A stretch of 64,000 nucleotides of DNA from Planctomycetota bacterium (GTDB lineage: Bacteria > Planctomycetota > UBA1135 > UBA2386): contig OZ245006.1 in NCBI GenBank assembly GCA_965223545.1, positions 7,712,001 to 7,776,000 on the forward strand, in the 5' to 3' direction. The stretch's first letter is position 1, and each line of letters begins with the position of its first letter. Below, piece by piece: positions 30,258 to 40,241 of the stretch. A program made the position numbers and the translations under genes. Below the pieces are notes generated by a model. It did not search any database and was not told where the DNA came from. It worked only from the letters and a program-made list of their open reading frames with translations.

Positions 30258-31223
30258 ATGATCCTCGTCGACAACCTGATCAAGGAGTTCGGCGCGACGC
30301 GCGCCGTCGACGGTGTGTCGTTCGCCGTCGAACGCGGCGAGGTGGTCGGTTTCCTCGGTCCCAACGGCGCTGGCAAGACCACGACGCTGCGGGTGCTGAC
30401 CTGCTACCACCCGGCCACCCGCGGCCGCGCCGAGGTCGCCGGCTTCGACGTCTTCCGGCAGCCGGTCGAGGTCCGCCGGCAGATCGGCTATCTGCCCGAG
30501 AACGTGCCGATCTACCCCGACCTGCGGGTCGAGGAGTACCTCCGCTACCGCGCCGCGCTCAAGGGCGTGCCGCGCAATGAGCGGCGCGCCGCGGTGGGGG
30601 CGGCGATGGAGCGCTGCGGCGTCGACGACGTCCGCCGCAAGCTGGTCGGGCACGTCTCGCGCGGCTACCGGCAGCGCGTCGGCCTGGCCGACGCCCTGGT
30701 GGCGCGGCCGCCGATCCTGATCCTCGACGAGCCGACCTCGGGGCTGGACCCCAACCAGCGCCGGCGGATGAAGGCACTGGTGCGCGAGCTGGCCGCCGAG
30801 CACACGGTGCTGTTCTCCAGCCACATCCTGCCCGAGGTCGAAGACGTCAGCTCGCGCATCCTGGTGATCCACCGCGGTCGGATCCGCGCCGACGGCACCC
30901 CGCGGCGCCTGCTCGAGGAGAGCAGGGGCCGGCGGCTGGTGGTCTGCGCGGCGGCGCCGGCCGACGACCTGGCGGCGTGGCTCGGTGCGATCGAGGGCGT
31001 CGAGGCGGCGGAGGTCCGCCCGGTCGGCGAGGGCTACCACCACGCGACCGCCGTCGTCGAGCGGGACGTCGACCCGCGCGATCAGGTCGCCGCGACCCTG
31101 GCGTCGCACGGCGTGGCGCTGCGCGAGCTGACGATCCAGCAACCGACCCTGGAGGACTTCTTCCAGCAGATCACCGAAGGAGCGGAGTCCGCGGCTTCGC
31201 CCGACGCCGAGGGGGTGGCGTGA
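30258..31223 (+). CDS. ABC transporter ATP-binding protein (GldA-like)
   Basis: GPNGAGKTT, SRGYRQRVGLA, ILDEPTSGLDP. Confidence 0.92.
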   Translation: MILVDNLIKEFGATRAVDGVSFAVERGEVVGFLGPNGAGKTTTLRVLTCYHPATRGRAEVAGFDVFRQPVEVRRQIGYLPENVPIYPDLRVEEYLRYRAALKGVPRNERRAAVGAAMERCGVDDVRRKLVGHVSRGYRQRVGLADALVARPPILILDEPTSGLDPNQRRRMKALVRELAAEHTVLFSSHILPEVEDVSSRILVIHRGRIRADGTPRRLLEESRGRRLVVCAAAPADDLAAWLGAIEGVEAAEVRPVGEGYHHATAVVERDVDPRDQVAATLASHGVALRELTIQQPTLEDFFQQITEGAESAASPDAEGVA

Positions 31224-31990
31224 GCACGATCGTCACCACCTTGAAGAAGGAGCTGACCTCCTACTTCTACAACCCGGTCGCCTACGTCATCGCGGTGCTC
31301 TTCTATCTGTTCCGGGGTGCCGAGGTGCAGGCCATCGCGCAGGTGATGGCCGACCAGGGCGGCGATCGAGATCTGTTCTCGAGCTACTACATCTTCATGC
31401 GCAGCACGAACTTCATGATCGTGCTGGTGCCGCCGATCTTGACCATGCGGTGCTTCGCGGAGGAGCGTCGGACCGGCTCGCTCGAGGTGCTGATGACGGC
31501 GCCGGTGCGCGACTACGAGGTCGTCCTCGGCAAGTGGCTCGCCGCGGTGCTGTTCTTCGCCGTCCTGTGGCTGCCGACCCTCGTCGTGCTGTGGGTGCTG
31601 ACGACGGGACCGTTCATGGCGACCAGCCTGGCGTTCGGTCCGGTGCTGTCCGGCTACCTGGGTCTGTTCCTGCTCGGCGCGCTGCTGTTGGCAGTCGGTT
31701 GCTTCACCAGCAGCACCACCGACAACCTGCTGCTGGCCGCGCTCAGCGCCATGCTGTTCAACACCGCGCTGTTGGCCGGGCCCGACCTGCTGCGGCCGCT
31801 GCTGCCGCCCGAGGTCCTCGAGCTGCCCTGGGTGCAGACGCTGTTGTCGCAGCTCAACGTGTACGAGCACCTGAGCAGCTGGTTCGCCCGCGGCCTGATC
31901 GACACCAGTCAGGTCGTGTTCTATCTCGGCGGCGCCGCGTTCTTCTTGTTCTTGACGGTGAAGGCACTGGGGTCGAAGCGATGGCGGTGA
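31220..31990 (+). CDS. ABC transporter permease (GldF-like)
   Basis: ELTSYFYNPVAY, TMRCFAEERRTGSLEVLMTAP. Confidence 0.85.
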   Translation: MSTIVTTLKKELTSYFYNPVAYVIAVLFYLFRGAEVQAIAQVMADQGGDRDLFSSYYIFMRSTNFMIVLVPPILTMRCFAEERRTGSLEVLMTAPVRDYEVVLGKWLAAVLFFAVLWLPTLVVLWVLTTGPFMATSLAFGPVLSGYLGLFLLGALLLAVGCFTSSTTDNLLLAALSAMLFNTALLAGPDLLRPLLPPEVLELPWVQTLLSQLNVYEHLSSWFARGLIDTSQVVFYLGGAAFFLFLTVKALGSKRWR

Positions 31991-33528
31991 CCGGTCGGCA
32001 GGTCTGGGGCTGGTTGAACCTGACGCTGGCGGCGCTGCTGGCGCTGGGCGCATGGGGCCTGATCTCGCTGCTGTTCGCCCGGCCCAGCCTGCGGCAGCTG
32101 TGGGACGTGTCGCCGCAGGCGCGGTTCAGCGTCGAGCCGGCGACCGAGGATCTGCTGGCGCAGATTCGCGACAGCGACGAGCCGATCGAGTTCCACACCG
32201 TCTACCTGCCGATCCGCTCGATGCAGGTCGGTGGCCCCGAGGGCAAACAGTACCGGGCGCTCTACCAAGCCCTGCAGCAGAACACGACCGATCTGCTGCG
32301 CACCTACGACTTCCTCGGCGGCGACGCGGTGACGGTGACGCACCACGATCTGATGCGCGACGTCGACGCGATCCGCGCGGTGATGCAGCAGATCCAAAAC
32401 CGCAACTACAACGTCGTCGTCATCCGGCGCGGCAGCCGCAGCAAGGTCCTGCACCTGGTCAACGACCTCGCCGATCTCGAGCTGCCGGACGCGAGCGCGC
32501 CGGTGCCGGGCGGGCAGCAGGCGGTGCCGCGGCTGCGCGACTACAAGGGCGAAGAGGCGATCTCCACCGCGCTCAAGCAGCTGCTGGTGGAGGGCACGCC
32601 AAAGATCTACTTCCTCGCCGGCAACCACGTGTCGCTGACCGACGGTATCGCCGACAGCTACTCGGAGATGGTCGGCGCGCTGGCGGACGACGGCTTCGAG
32701 GTGGCGAGCCTGAGCCTGGCGCAGGAGGGCCGCATCCCCGACGACGCGACCGTGGTGGCGATCCTCGAGCCGCGCGCCGAGCTCACCGACGCCGAGGCGG
32801 AGCTGCTGATCGCGTTCATGCGCCGGGGTGGGCGCGTGTTCCTCAACCTCGCCTACTCGTTCGTCGGGCCGAGCTGGAATCCGACCATGCGCGCGCTGGG
32901 CGAGCGCCTCGGCTTCGAGATCGGCCGCGAGCTGGTGTGCCACATCGTCGAGGACCCGCGCAACCCCGGCGCCGAGATGGGCGGCGACTACGCGGTCAAC
33001 CTCAACCTGACCGACCTCAACCCGGTCCACCCGGTGACCCGCGTGCTGCTGCAGAACCAGCGGTTTCCAGTGGTCAAGGGCGGCCGGGAGATCCGCAAGG
33101 TCGACGGCGGCGAGGACGGGGTCCGGGTCGACACGAGCTTTCTGCGCACCGGGCCCAAGGCCTGGATCGACCCGCGCGCCACGCGGGTTCCGCCGCGGCA
33201 GCGCGAGGCCTACGCGTCGCGCTGCATCGGCGCGGTGATCGACGTCGACCCCACCGAGGGCGAACGCCCGGGGCACTGCGTCTTGCTGAGCGGGGCGGCC
33301 TTCGTCAACACCGGCTTCAGCGTCAACGGCGACCTCGCCCTCAACTTGTTCAACTGGCTGGCGCGGCGCGACGCGCTGGTCAGCGTGCGTGGCAACCGCT
33401 ACGTCTCGCGCGCGCTCGAGCTCAAGCCGCAGCAGCTGGAGCGCATGTACCAGCTGCTGGTGTTCGGCGTGCCCGGCGCCTTGCTGCTGCTGGGCGTGGC
33501 GGTCGCCTGGCGCCGGAGGCGGGCCTGA
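31981..33528 (+). CDS. GldG-like ABC auxiliary protein
   Basis: WDVS...FS, KGEEAISTAL..KIYFLAG, NGDLALNLFNWL; N- and C-terminal TM helices. Confidence 0.78.
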   Translation: MAVTGRQVWGWLNLTLAALLALGAWGLISLLFARPSLRQLWDVSPQARFSVEPATEDLLAQIRDSDEPIEFHTVYLPIRSMQVGGPEGKQYRALYQALQQNTTDLLRTYDFLGGDAVTVTHHDLMRDVDAIRAVMQQIQNRNYNVVVIRRGSRSKVLHLVNDLADLELPDASAPVPGGQQAVPRLRDYKGEEAISTALKQLLVEGTPKIYFLAGNHVSLTDGIADSYSEMVGALADDGFEVASLSLAQEGRIPDDATVVAILEPRAELTDAEAELLIAFMRRGGRVFLNLAYSFVGPSWNPTMRALGERLGFEIGRELVCHIVEDPRNPGAEMGGDYAVNLNLTDLNPVHPVTRVLLQNQRFPVVKGGREIRKVDGGEDGVRVDTSFLRTGPKAWIDPRATRVPPRQREAYASRCIGAVIDVDPTEGERPGHCVLLSGAAFVNTGFSVNGDLALNLFNWLARRDALVSVRGNRYVSRALELKPQQLERMYQLLVFGVPGALLLLGVAVAWRRRRA

Positions 33529-35277
33529 ATGGGCGGGCGCTCGACGCTACTGCTGCTGATTCTGGTCGGCGCGCTGGTCGCGGGCATCTACTGGACCGAG
33601 GGCGTGGAGGAGGACCGGCCGGTGCTCACCGTGCGCGCGCTGGGCGAGCGGAGCTTCGCGCACGTCGCGCGGATCACCGTGCAGCGCGGCGAGGCGACAC
33701 CGATCGTCCTCGAGCGCGGCGGAGTGCGGGGCTACCGCGTCCTCGAGCCGCTGCGCGATGACGCCTCGCGGGCGCGCATGCTGGCGGTGCGCGACGCCTG
33801 GAACTCCGCCGAGCTGGTGGCGATCTACGGGCCGGGCACCGTCGACGAGGACCTCGCCGCGCAGCTCGGCCTGTCGCCGCCCGCGCTGCGGGTCGAGTTC
33901 GTGTTCGAGGACGGCGAGCGGCGCGAGTTCGAGATCGGCAGCGAGGGGCCGCTCGGCACGGAGTTGTTCGTGCGGCTGGGGGAGACGGTGTACCACGGCG
34001 GCAAGGCACTGCGCAGCGTGATCGAGGGCAACGTCGACGACTTCCGCGAGCGCCAGGTGTTCTTCAACGAGCCGGGCAACATGCACCGCCTGGAGCTGCG
34101 CCGCCGGCAAGAGGACCACACCTACTCAGTGGTGCGCCTGGAGCGCGGCCGCGAGGGGCTGCGGCTGACCGCGCCGATCGAGACCGCCGCACACCAGGGC
34201 AGCGCGCACTCGTTCGTCGCCAACTTGCTCGGTCTGTCGGTGCAGAGCTTCGTCGCCGGCAACACCGGCTTGGGGCCGATGGCGGAGCCGAGCTTCGTCA
34301 TCGAGGTCGACGGCGCGGCGGGCAGCGAGTCGCTGCAGCTGTGGCGCGAGGGCGAGTTCATGATCCGCGGGCACCTGACGCCGCGCGATCTCGACTTCAC
34401 CTTCGAGGCGCGCAACGTCCTGCCGGCCCTGCAGGCCAGCGTCGAGGCGCTGCGCTCGCGGCTGATGAATCCGTTCGCCCCGGACGAGCTCACCGAAGTC
34501 GTCGTCGATCCCGGCGCCGGGGTTGGCTCTCCGCTCGTCCTTCGCCGCGGCCGCGACGAGCTGCTGCGGCTGGAGGGTCCAATCCGCAGCGAAGCGGATC
34601 CCAGCGTGGTGACCCAGCTGTTGGATGCGCTGAGTCGGTTCGGCGCCGAGAGCTTCGTCGAGCAGCCGTCTTCGGATCCCAGCGCGTACGGATTGGAGGA
34701 GGGCGCGGTCGGCATCGAGCTGGTCGGCCCGATGCGACAGCGTAGGGTGGAGGTCGCGCTCGGCCGCGCCGCCGACGGGGCGGCCTACGCAAGGCGGGCT
34801 GGCGAGACGCACGTCGCTCGCATCGCCGCCGATGTCGCCGACGTACTGGCGCGGCCGTGGTACGAGTACGTGCACAAGCAGGTCCACCGCCAGGCCGTGG
34901 TCTTCGACATCCGGCGCGTGACCTACTCGAAGGGCGGCGTCGAGCGGCGCTTCATCAAGGACGACGACGGCAAGTGGGCGGTCGAGGGTGGTGGTGCCGC
35001 GCCGCCGGACTTCGCGTCGCTGGTGTCCGAAACGCTCGCCGACCTGCGCGGCACGGCAGTGCTCGACGGCGAGCGGGACGACCTGCCGGAGCCGCTGGTG
35101 ATCGAGCTCGCCCGCGCCAACGGGATGGCGCTCGTGGTGTTCGAGCTCTACCAGGGCGTGCCGGGCGAGGCGGACACCGTGCTGGTGCGCAACCGGCAGC
35201 AGCCGCGCCTTCTGTACCGGCTGCGAGTGTTGGAGGGCGCCCAGCTGCTGGCGCCGTTCGCGGCCGCCTCCGGCTAG
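33529..35277 (+). CDS. DUF4340-like protein
   Basis: N-terminal anchor, repeated (Y/L)GL..P modules, position after a GldG-like gene. Confidence 0.65.
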   Translation: MGGRSTLLLLILVGALVAGIYWTEGVEEDRPVLTVRALGERSFAHVARITVQRGEATPIVLERGGVRGYRVLEPLRDDASRARMLAVRDAWNSAELVAIYGPGTVDEDLAAQLGLSPPALRVEFVFEDGERREFEIGSEGPLGTELFVRLGETVYHGGKALRSVIEGNVDDFRERQVFFNEPGNMHRLELRRRQEDHTYSVVRLERGREGLRLTAPIETAAHQGSAHSFVANLLGLSVQSFVAGNTGLGPMAEPSFVIEVDGAAGSESLQLWREGEFMIRGHLTPRDLDFTFEARNVLPALQASVEALRSRLMNPFAPDELTEVVVDPGAGVGSPLVLRRGRDELLRLEGPIRSEADPSVVTQLLDALSRFGAESFVEQPSSDPSAYGLEEGAVGIELVGPMRQRRVEVALGRAADGAAYARRAGETHVARIAADVADVLARPWYEYVHKQVHRQAVVFDIRRVTYSKGGVERRFIKDDDGKWAVEGGGAAPPDFASLVSETLADLRGTAVLDGERDDLPEPLVIELARANGMALVVFELYQGVPGEADTVLVRNRQQPRLLYRLRVLEGAQLLAPFAAASG

Positions 35278-35381
35278 CCAGGCCGCCGTTCGGCGGCAAG
35301 GGCGTGCCCAGCAGTACGCCCGGCAAGCGCGTCAGGCCGCTCGATCCGGTGGCGCGCACGGAGCGCGCGGTGCGTCACGCA

Positions 35382-36554
35382 CTACTCGCGGCGGCGGTGC
35401 ACGATGACGCGCACGCGTTGCCACTCGCCGTTGGCTTCGGTCTCGATCTCGGTCCGCCGCTCGTCGTCGCCAACCCAACGCATCGTCGTGCGGATGCCGA
35501 AATCGCCGCCGCCGGCGCGTCGCATCGTCAGTTGTTGCACGCTCGGGTCCTCGCCGATCGGCCCGCTCAACAGGCCGATCGGTCCGCCGAAGTTGTCGAC
35601 GAACGTGCCGGTCCACTGCCCGTCGCGGGTCAGGAAGCCGAGCACGGTGTGCGCCCAGGTCGCGGAGCCATCCGCCCGGTCGGCCTGCATGTCCGAGATC
35701 AGCCAGCGCCCGCCCGACGGAAAGCGACACACTTCCGAGCCGGGGTACTCGCGGCTCCGGTCGCCGTTGTAGTCCGTGATCGTGAGGTCCCACGTGCCCT
35801 CCTGCTTCGCGAGCACGGCGCGCCACTTGTCGGCGGGGTCCTGCGGTCGAGTGACCGTGTGGCCGACGGAAAGATCAGAGCTGCCCGTGGCATCGTGGAG
35901 CACGGCAGTGCCGGAGAGCAGCGTGATGGCCGCGGTCGCGGCAGGAGTGAGACGGTGCATGTGTAAATCCTCCGTGAGGTTCGAGAACGTTCGGGGGCCG
36001 AGTTGGTAGTCGTCGTCTAGCGCGCGCACGCGCAAGCGTGCGCCCGGGGCGGCGGTGACCGAGGTGCGCCCGACTTCGACGACACAAGGGCTCGTGCGCG
36101 CGCAAGCGACGGTGACGGCACCGCGCAGCAGCACGACGCGTGGTGTGGCCTCGGCGCCGAAGATGCGCGCCACCGCCCCGGCTGCCAGCTCGGCGCGCGT
36201 TCCGCGCGGCCACTCGAGCGCGGCCGGCTGCTCGGCGGCGACCGTGTGGCCGCTCGTGACCCGGTTGGTGGTGCGCGGCTCCCACTGGCCTGGCGCCGAC
36301 GAGAGGGCTGGCGGGTCGAGTCGGACCACAGCCCGGCCGGAACTCAGCATCTGCTGGGCCATGAGTGCGAGCGCGGCGCTGCCCACCGCACCGAGCAGCC
36401 ACGGCCAGGCGCGCAAGCGTGTGCCGCGCCGCCTCGCGGAAGCTGCGCCGGCCTGCCGCCACGCCGACACGACGCGCCAGCTGAGATCGTCCACCGGGGA
36501 TCCGAGGACTTGGCGGAGGGCTTGTTCGAGCACCAGCTCGCGCGGCTCCTTCAC
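35382..36554 (-). CDS. putative anti-sigma factor (FecR-like + DUF1579-like C-terminus)
   Basis: coupled to ECF sigma; TM helix; FecR-like beta strands; EGTWD..GGRWL..WTGTFVDNFG. Confidence 0.65.
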   Translation of the reverse strand: MKEPRELVLEQALRQVLGSPVDDLSWRVVSAWRQAGAASARRRGTRLRAWPWLLGAVGSAALALMAQQMLSSGRAVVRLDPPALSSAPGQWEPRTTNRVTSGHTVAAEQPAALEWPRGTRAELAAGAVARIFGAEATPRVVLLRGAVTVACARTSPCVVEVGRTSVTAAPGARLRVRALDDDYQLGPRTFSNLTEDLHMHRLTPAATAAITLLSGTAVLHDATGSSDLSVGHTVTRPQDPADKWRAVLAKQEGTWDLTITDYNGDRSREYPGSEVCRFPSGGRWLISDMQADRADGSATWAHTVLGFLTRDGQWTGTFVDNFGGPIGLLSGPIGEDPSVQQLTMRRAGGGDFGIRTTMRWVGDDERRTEIETEANGEWQRVRVIVHRRRE

Positions 36555-37075
36555 TGCAGCCTCCGCTCGATGCACTCGCGCAGGCGCGTCTTGCCACGCA
36601 GCAGGATCGACTTGACGCCACCCTCCGAGAGCTGCGCGCGGCGGGCGATCTCGGCGCGCGACAAGTCCTGCCCGTAGCGCAGCTGCAGGACTTCACGCGT
36701 GCGCGTCGTCAGGGCGTCCAGGCACGCGCGCAGTGCTTCCAAGTACGAAGCGCCATCGTCATGCCCCTCGTAGGCCTCCCAGGCCGCGTCGACTTCCGAC
36801 AGCTCGACCGAACGCGGCGAGCGCTGCACGGCTTTGAGAAAACCGTTCTTGACGGTGCGCCGCAGATACGCCGCCGTCGAGCCGCGATCGCGTTCGACGA
36901 AGCCCGACCGCAGCAGTGCCAAGAAACCCTCCTGCAGAATGTCGGGGACGTGGCTCTGCGGACATCCGAGCGCGGTCAGGTAGGCGGCCAGCGAGCGCTG
37001 GTGGCGTCGGACGAGGCGGGTGATCCGCTCGTCGGTCCACGCTCCGGCGCGCGCAGTCGGTTGTTCGATCGCCAC
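36551..37075 (-). CDS. ECF sigma-70 factor
   Basis: DILQEGFL, LRACLDALT..REVLQLRY, SEGGVKSILLR. Confidence 0.85.
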   Translation of the reverse strand: MAIEQPTARAGAWTDERITRLVRRHQRSLAAYLTALGCPQSHVPDILQEGFLALLRSGFVERDRGSTAAYLRRTVKNGFLKAVQRSPRSVELSEVDAAWEAYEGHDDGASYLEALRACLDALTTRTREVLQLRYGQDLSRAEIARRAQLSEGGVKSILLRGKTRLRECIERRLQ

Positions 37076-37149
37076 GTTGGCAGAATCCTCGTTCGGCGCG
37101 AACGGCCGCAGGATTCTGTCGGGATTCTGCGTTCAGGCTCCGAATCGAG

Positions 37150-40100
37150 CTACGGCAGTTGCTCGACGTCGACGACAATCGGCGACCGCGATGCGGAGAG
37201 GTCGGAGATCGCGAACTCGCCGCGAAACCGCCGGCCGTCGTCGAGCTCCAGCTCGAGCCGGTAAGCGCCGGCCGGCAGCGCGGGAGCGTAGCGGTACGGG
37301 TGCTCTTCGCGCGGGTCGTAGACACTGCTGTGCAGTGTGCGCCCACCGGCGTCGCGCAGCCAAAACTCGACGCGCTGGACCCCTTCCCAACCCGGCGGCT
37401 CCACGGCCGGAAAGCGGATCAGCCGCCGCGTGGCCGGCGCCAGGTCGAGCGTGACGACCGTCGATCGGGCCGCGTCGATGCGCACGCGCTGCGAGACCCA
37501 TTCGGCGTTGTTGGACAGAACGGCAATGCGATAGTCGCCCGCCGGCAGCGCGCGCGTGACTTTGCCGTCGGGAGTCGGCGTCGCCGGACTCGGGATCTCG
37601 CGGCCGCCGGGCCGCACGAAGTGCACCGTGGTCCCGCGCAGCGCCTCCCCGTCGTTGCGCCTCACTTGGAGATCCAGCTGGCCGGCCGCTGGCAACGACA
37701 CGCGGCCGGCGTCGACGCGCTGGCCGATGCCGATCTCGAACTCGCCCAGATCGGCAACCCATCGATGTGCCGGTCGGGCCGCGAACAAGGACAGGGCGTA
37801 GCGTCCGGCGGCGAGGGGGCCGACTTCGAAGCTGCCTTCCTCGACCGCAAACCGGCCGATCCACGCCGGCACTCGGTTGACGCCGAGCTGATGCACGGCG
37901 ATGGTCATCGCGCCGAACTGCTCTTCGGTCGCATCGAGGGTGCCGCGCAGCGCACCTGCGGCGGTGCGAGCGGCGCCGATGCGCACCACGATCTCGTCGT
38001 CGCTCGGGCGCAGATCTCCGAGCCAGTCGCAGCGCCATTCTCCGTGGATCGCCGCGGCGCGCACAGCGAGCCTGCCGCGCGCGCCGGGTGCCAGAGGCAG
38101 AGTTGCCCGGCCCTGATCGTCCGTCTGCGCGCGGTCGCCGCCCCGCCCGATCCACCGCACTTTCCATCCGCCCAGCGGTTGCTCGGCGTCGTCGACCAGT
38201 CGCAGCCGCACGATCGCTTCTCGCTCGAGCGTCGCATCCCAGCGCAACCCTGCCGCGTCGGGGTAGAACACGCGGCGCGCGGTCTGCCAGCCGGTGGCGC
38301 GCGCGGTGACCTCGATGCGCTGCGCGGGCAGACAGGCCAGCGAGAAACTGCCGTCGGCGCCGCAGCGCGTGGAGACGGTGTGGTGGTCGGCAAAACCGGT
38401 CACCCGCACGTCGGCCTCGATCGGGCGGCCATCGCGATCGCGCACCGAGCCAGTCAGCAGAGCGCCTCGCTCGAGCGAGATCTCCACCGCGGTCCGCTGG
38501 CCGGCGACGAGCTCGACGCGCCGCGACAGGGGCGCCGCGCCGGCGGCGCGCACGTCGAGGAATTCGGTGCCGGGGTGCAGATCGGGCAACGCGAAGCCGC
38601 CGTCGGTGCCGGTCCTCACCACGCGAGGCGGCCACCCCATGAGCCCCCCGGCGAACTGGCGGGAGAGTGCGCCGGCCGTTGTCACCACGGCATCGGCCAT
38701 CGGCCGTCGATCGGGGCCGTAGACGACGCCGACGAGCCCCGCGGCCAGCCCGCGCAACGCGATCGAGAGCTCGACCTCGGCACTGCCCGGCGCGTGGGCC
38801 CGATACATCAGCGAGGGCGCGTGGCCGGCGGCGCTGGCACCGATGCGGCTGCCGATCTGCAGCCCTTCCACCGCGAAGCGACCGCTCGCGTCCGCCCGTC
38901 CGATGCGCGAGCAGGGAAAGCCGACGACCTGTCGCAGCAGCCAGAGGTCGGCAAACGGCACCGCCACACCCCGGTCATCGACGACGATGCCCCGCGCCCT
39001 GGTCCCCGGTCGCAGCACCAGCGCGACGCGCGTCTCGCCGCCGGCCGGGATGTCGACCGCCGGGCCTGCCCCGCGCCGCTCGCGGTCGAGCCAGACGTCG
39101 AAGAGGCCGGCGGGCAGATCGTCGAACAACGCGATGCCCGCGTCATCGACCGCGATGGCGGCGGGACCGAGCGTCGGGTCGCTGCCATCGCGCGATGCGA
39201 CCGACACCGCGACCCATCGCGCCGGGTCACCGGATTCGGTGCGCACCTCGACCCGCAGCGCACCGCGGCCGGTTGCCAGCGGAGCCGCCGCGGCGACGCC
39301 GATGCGACGCTCGGCGTCGGCGGGCTCGGGTCCGCCCGACTCGGTGCTGGCGTGGCCTCCCTGCAAGGCGGTCGCCGGCGGAGCGTCCGCTGCCGAGGGT
39401 TCGGAGACGACGCCGACCTGTCCTTGTCCCGCATACCAGACGAGTGCCGCTGTGAGTGCGACGATTCCGACCCAGAGTTTCTTCATGCTCAGCAAGCCTC
39501 CGATCGAGAGCAGGGGCGCCGCCTTCCACGCCAGCGGGGCCTTCGCCAAGACGTCGGCCCGCACCCGGGCCAGCCCGCGCACTGCCGCGCGAGTCGAAAT
39601 GCCGCAGAGCGCGACCAGCACGCCGGCGGGCAACAACGCGCGCAGTTTGGCCAAGCCGCGGTGCAATCGCATGCGCACGGTGCCCGCCGGGATCCCCAAC
39701 ACTTCGCCGATCTCGGCCGGTTGTAGGCCGTGCTGCATCCGCAGCAGGACCACCTGACGGCAGCCATCCGGCAACCGCTCGACTCCGCGCCGCAGCAGCG
39801 ACACCAACTCGGCACGCTGCGCCAGCTCTTCCGGGCCGGACGCCTCGACCGGGCGCATCCGCTCCGGCCGCGGGCGGCGCCGGCTCCGCCGCGCCTCGGT
39901 GGCGGCGTGCCGCGTGAGAATCCCGTTCAGCCACGGCAGCACCGCAGCTCCCGACTGAAACGACGCCGCGCGTTCCATCGCCGTGACGAAGGTCGCTTGC
40001 ACGAGATCCTCCGCATCAGCGGGCTCTCCCGCCAAGTGCAGCGCCAACGACAGCAGCCGCGGCGCGGCGACGTCGAAGACGTCCGCCAGACACTGCGGAT

Positions 40101-40152
40101 CACCGCTGCGGCGATACTGCTCGAAGCGGGCATCGATGGACGGGGGCCTCAT
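37150..40152 (-). CDS. ECF sigma factor fused to TM helix and carboxypeptidase-regulatory-like repeats
   Basis: AEDLVQATF, VLPWLNGI, GTVRMRLHRG; TM helix; repeats G.V.D..G.P..A.V / TD..G.F.L. Confidence 0.85.
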   Translation of the reverse strand: MRPPSIDARFEQYRRSGDPQCLADVFDVAAPRLLSLALHLAGEPADAEDLVQATFVTAMERAASFQSGAAVLPWLNGILTRHAATEARRSRRRPRPERMRPVEASGPEELAQRAELVSLLRRGVERLPDGCRQVVLLRMQHGLQPAEIGEVLGIPAGTVRMRLHRGLAKLRALLPAGVLVALCGISTRAAVRGLARVRADVLAKAPLAWKAAPLLSIGGLLSMKKLWVGIVALTAALVWYAGQGQVGVVSEPSAADAPPATALQGGHASTESGGPEPADAERRIGVAAAAPLATGRGALRVEVRTESGDPARWVAVSVASRDGSDPTLGPAAIAVDDAGIALFDDLPAGLFDVWLDRERRGAGPAVDIPAGGETRVALVLRPGTRARGIVVDDRGVAVPFADLWLLRQVVGFPCSRIGRADASGRFAVEGLQIGSRIGASAAGHAPSLMYRAHAPGSAEVELSIALRGLAAGLVGVVYGPDRRPMADAVVTTAGALSRQFAGGLMGWPPRVVRTGTDGGFALPDLHPGTEFLDVRAAGAAPLSRRVELVAGQRTAVEISLERGALLTGSVRDRDGRPIEADVRVTGFADHHTVSTRCGADGSFSLACLPAQRIEVTARATGWQTARRVFYPDAAGLRWDATLEREAIVRLRLVDDAEQPLGGWKVRWIGRGGDRAQTDDQGRATLPLAPGARGRLAVRAAAIHGEWRCDWLGDLRPSDDEIVVRIGAARTAAGALRGTLDATEEQFGAMTIAVHQLGVNRVPAWIGRFAVEEGSFEVGPLAAGRYALSLFAARPAHRWVADLGEFEIGIGQRVDAGRVSLPAAGQLDLQVRRNDGEALRGTTVHFVRPGGREIPSPATPTPDGKVTRALPAGDYRIAVLSNNAEWVSQRVRIDAARSTVVTLDLAPATRRLIRFPAVEPPGWEGVQRVEFWLRDAGGRTLHSSVYDPREEHPYRYAPALPAGAYRLELELDDGRRFRGEFAISDLSASRSPIVVDVEQLP

Positions 40153-40241
40153 GCCACCCCTCTGTCTACGTGAACCCGCCCAGCGTCACCCCAAAAGCAG
40201 AGATCCGGCTGTCCGCGTCGGTCATCATGTGGGCGATGAGG

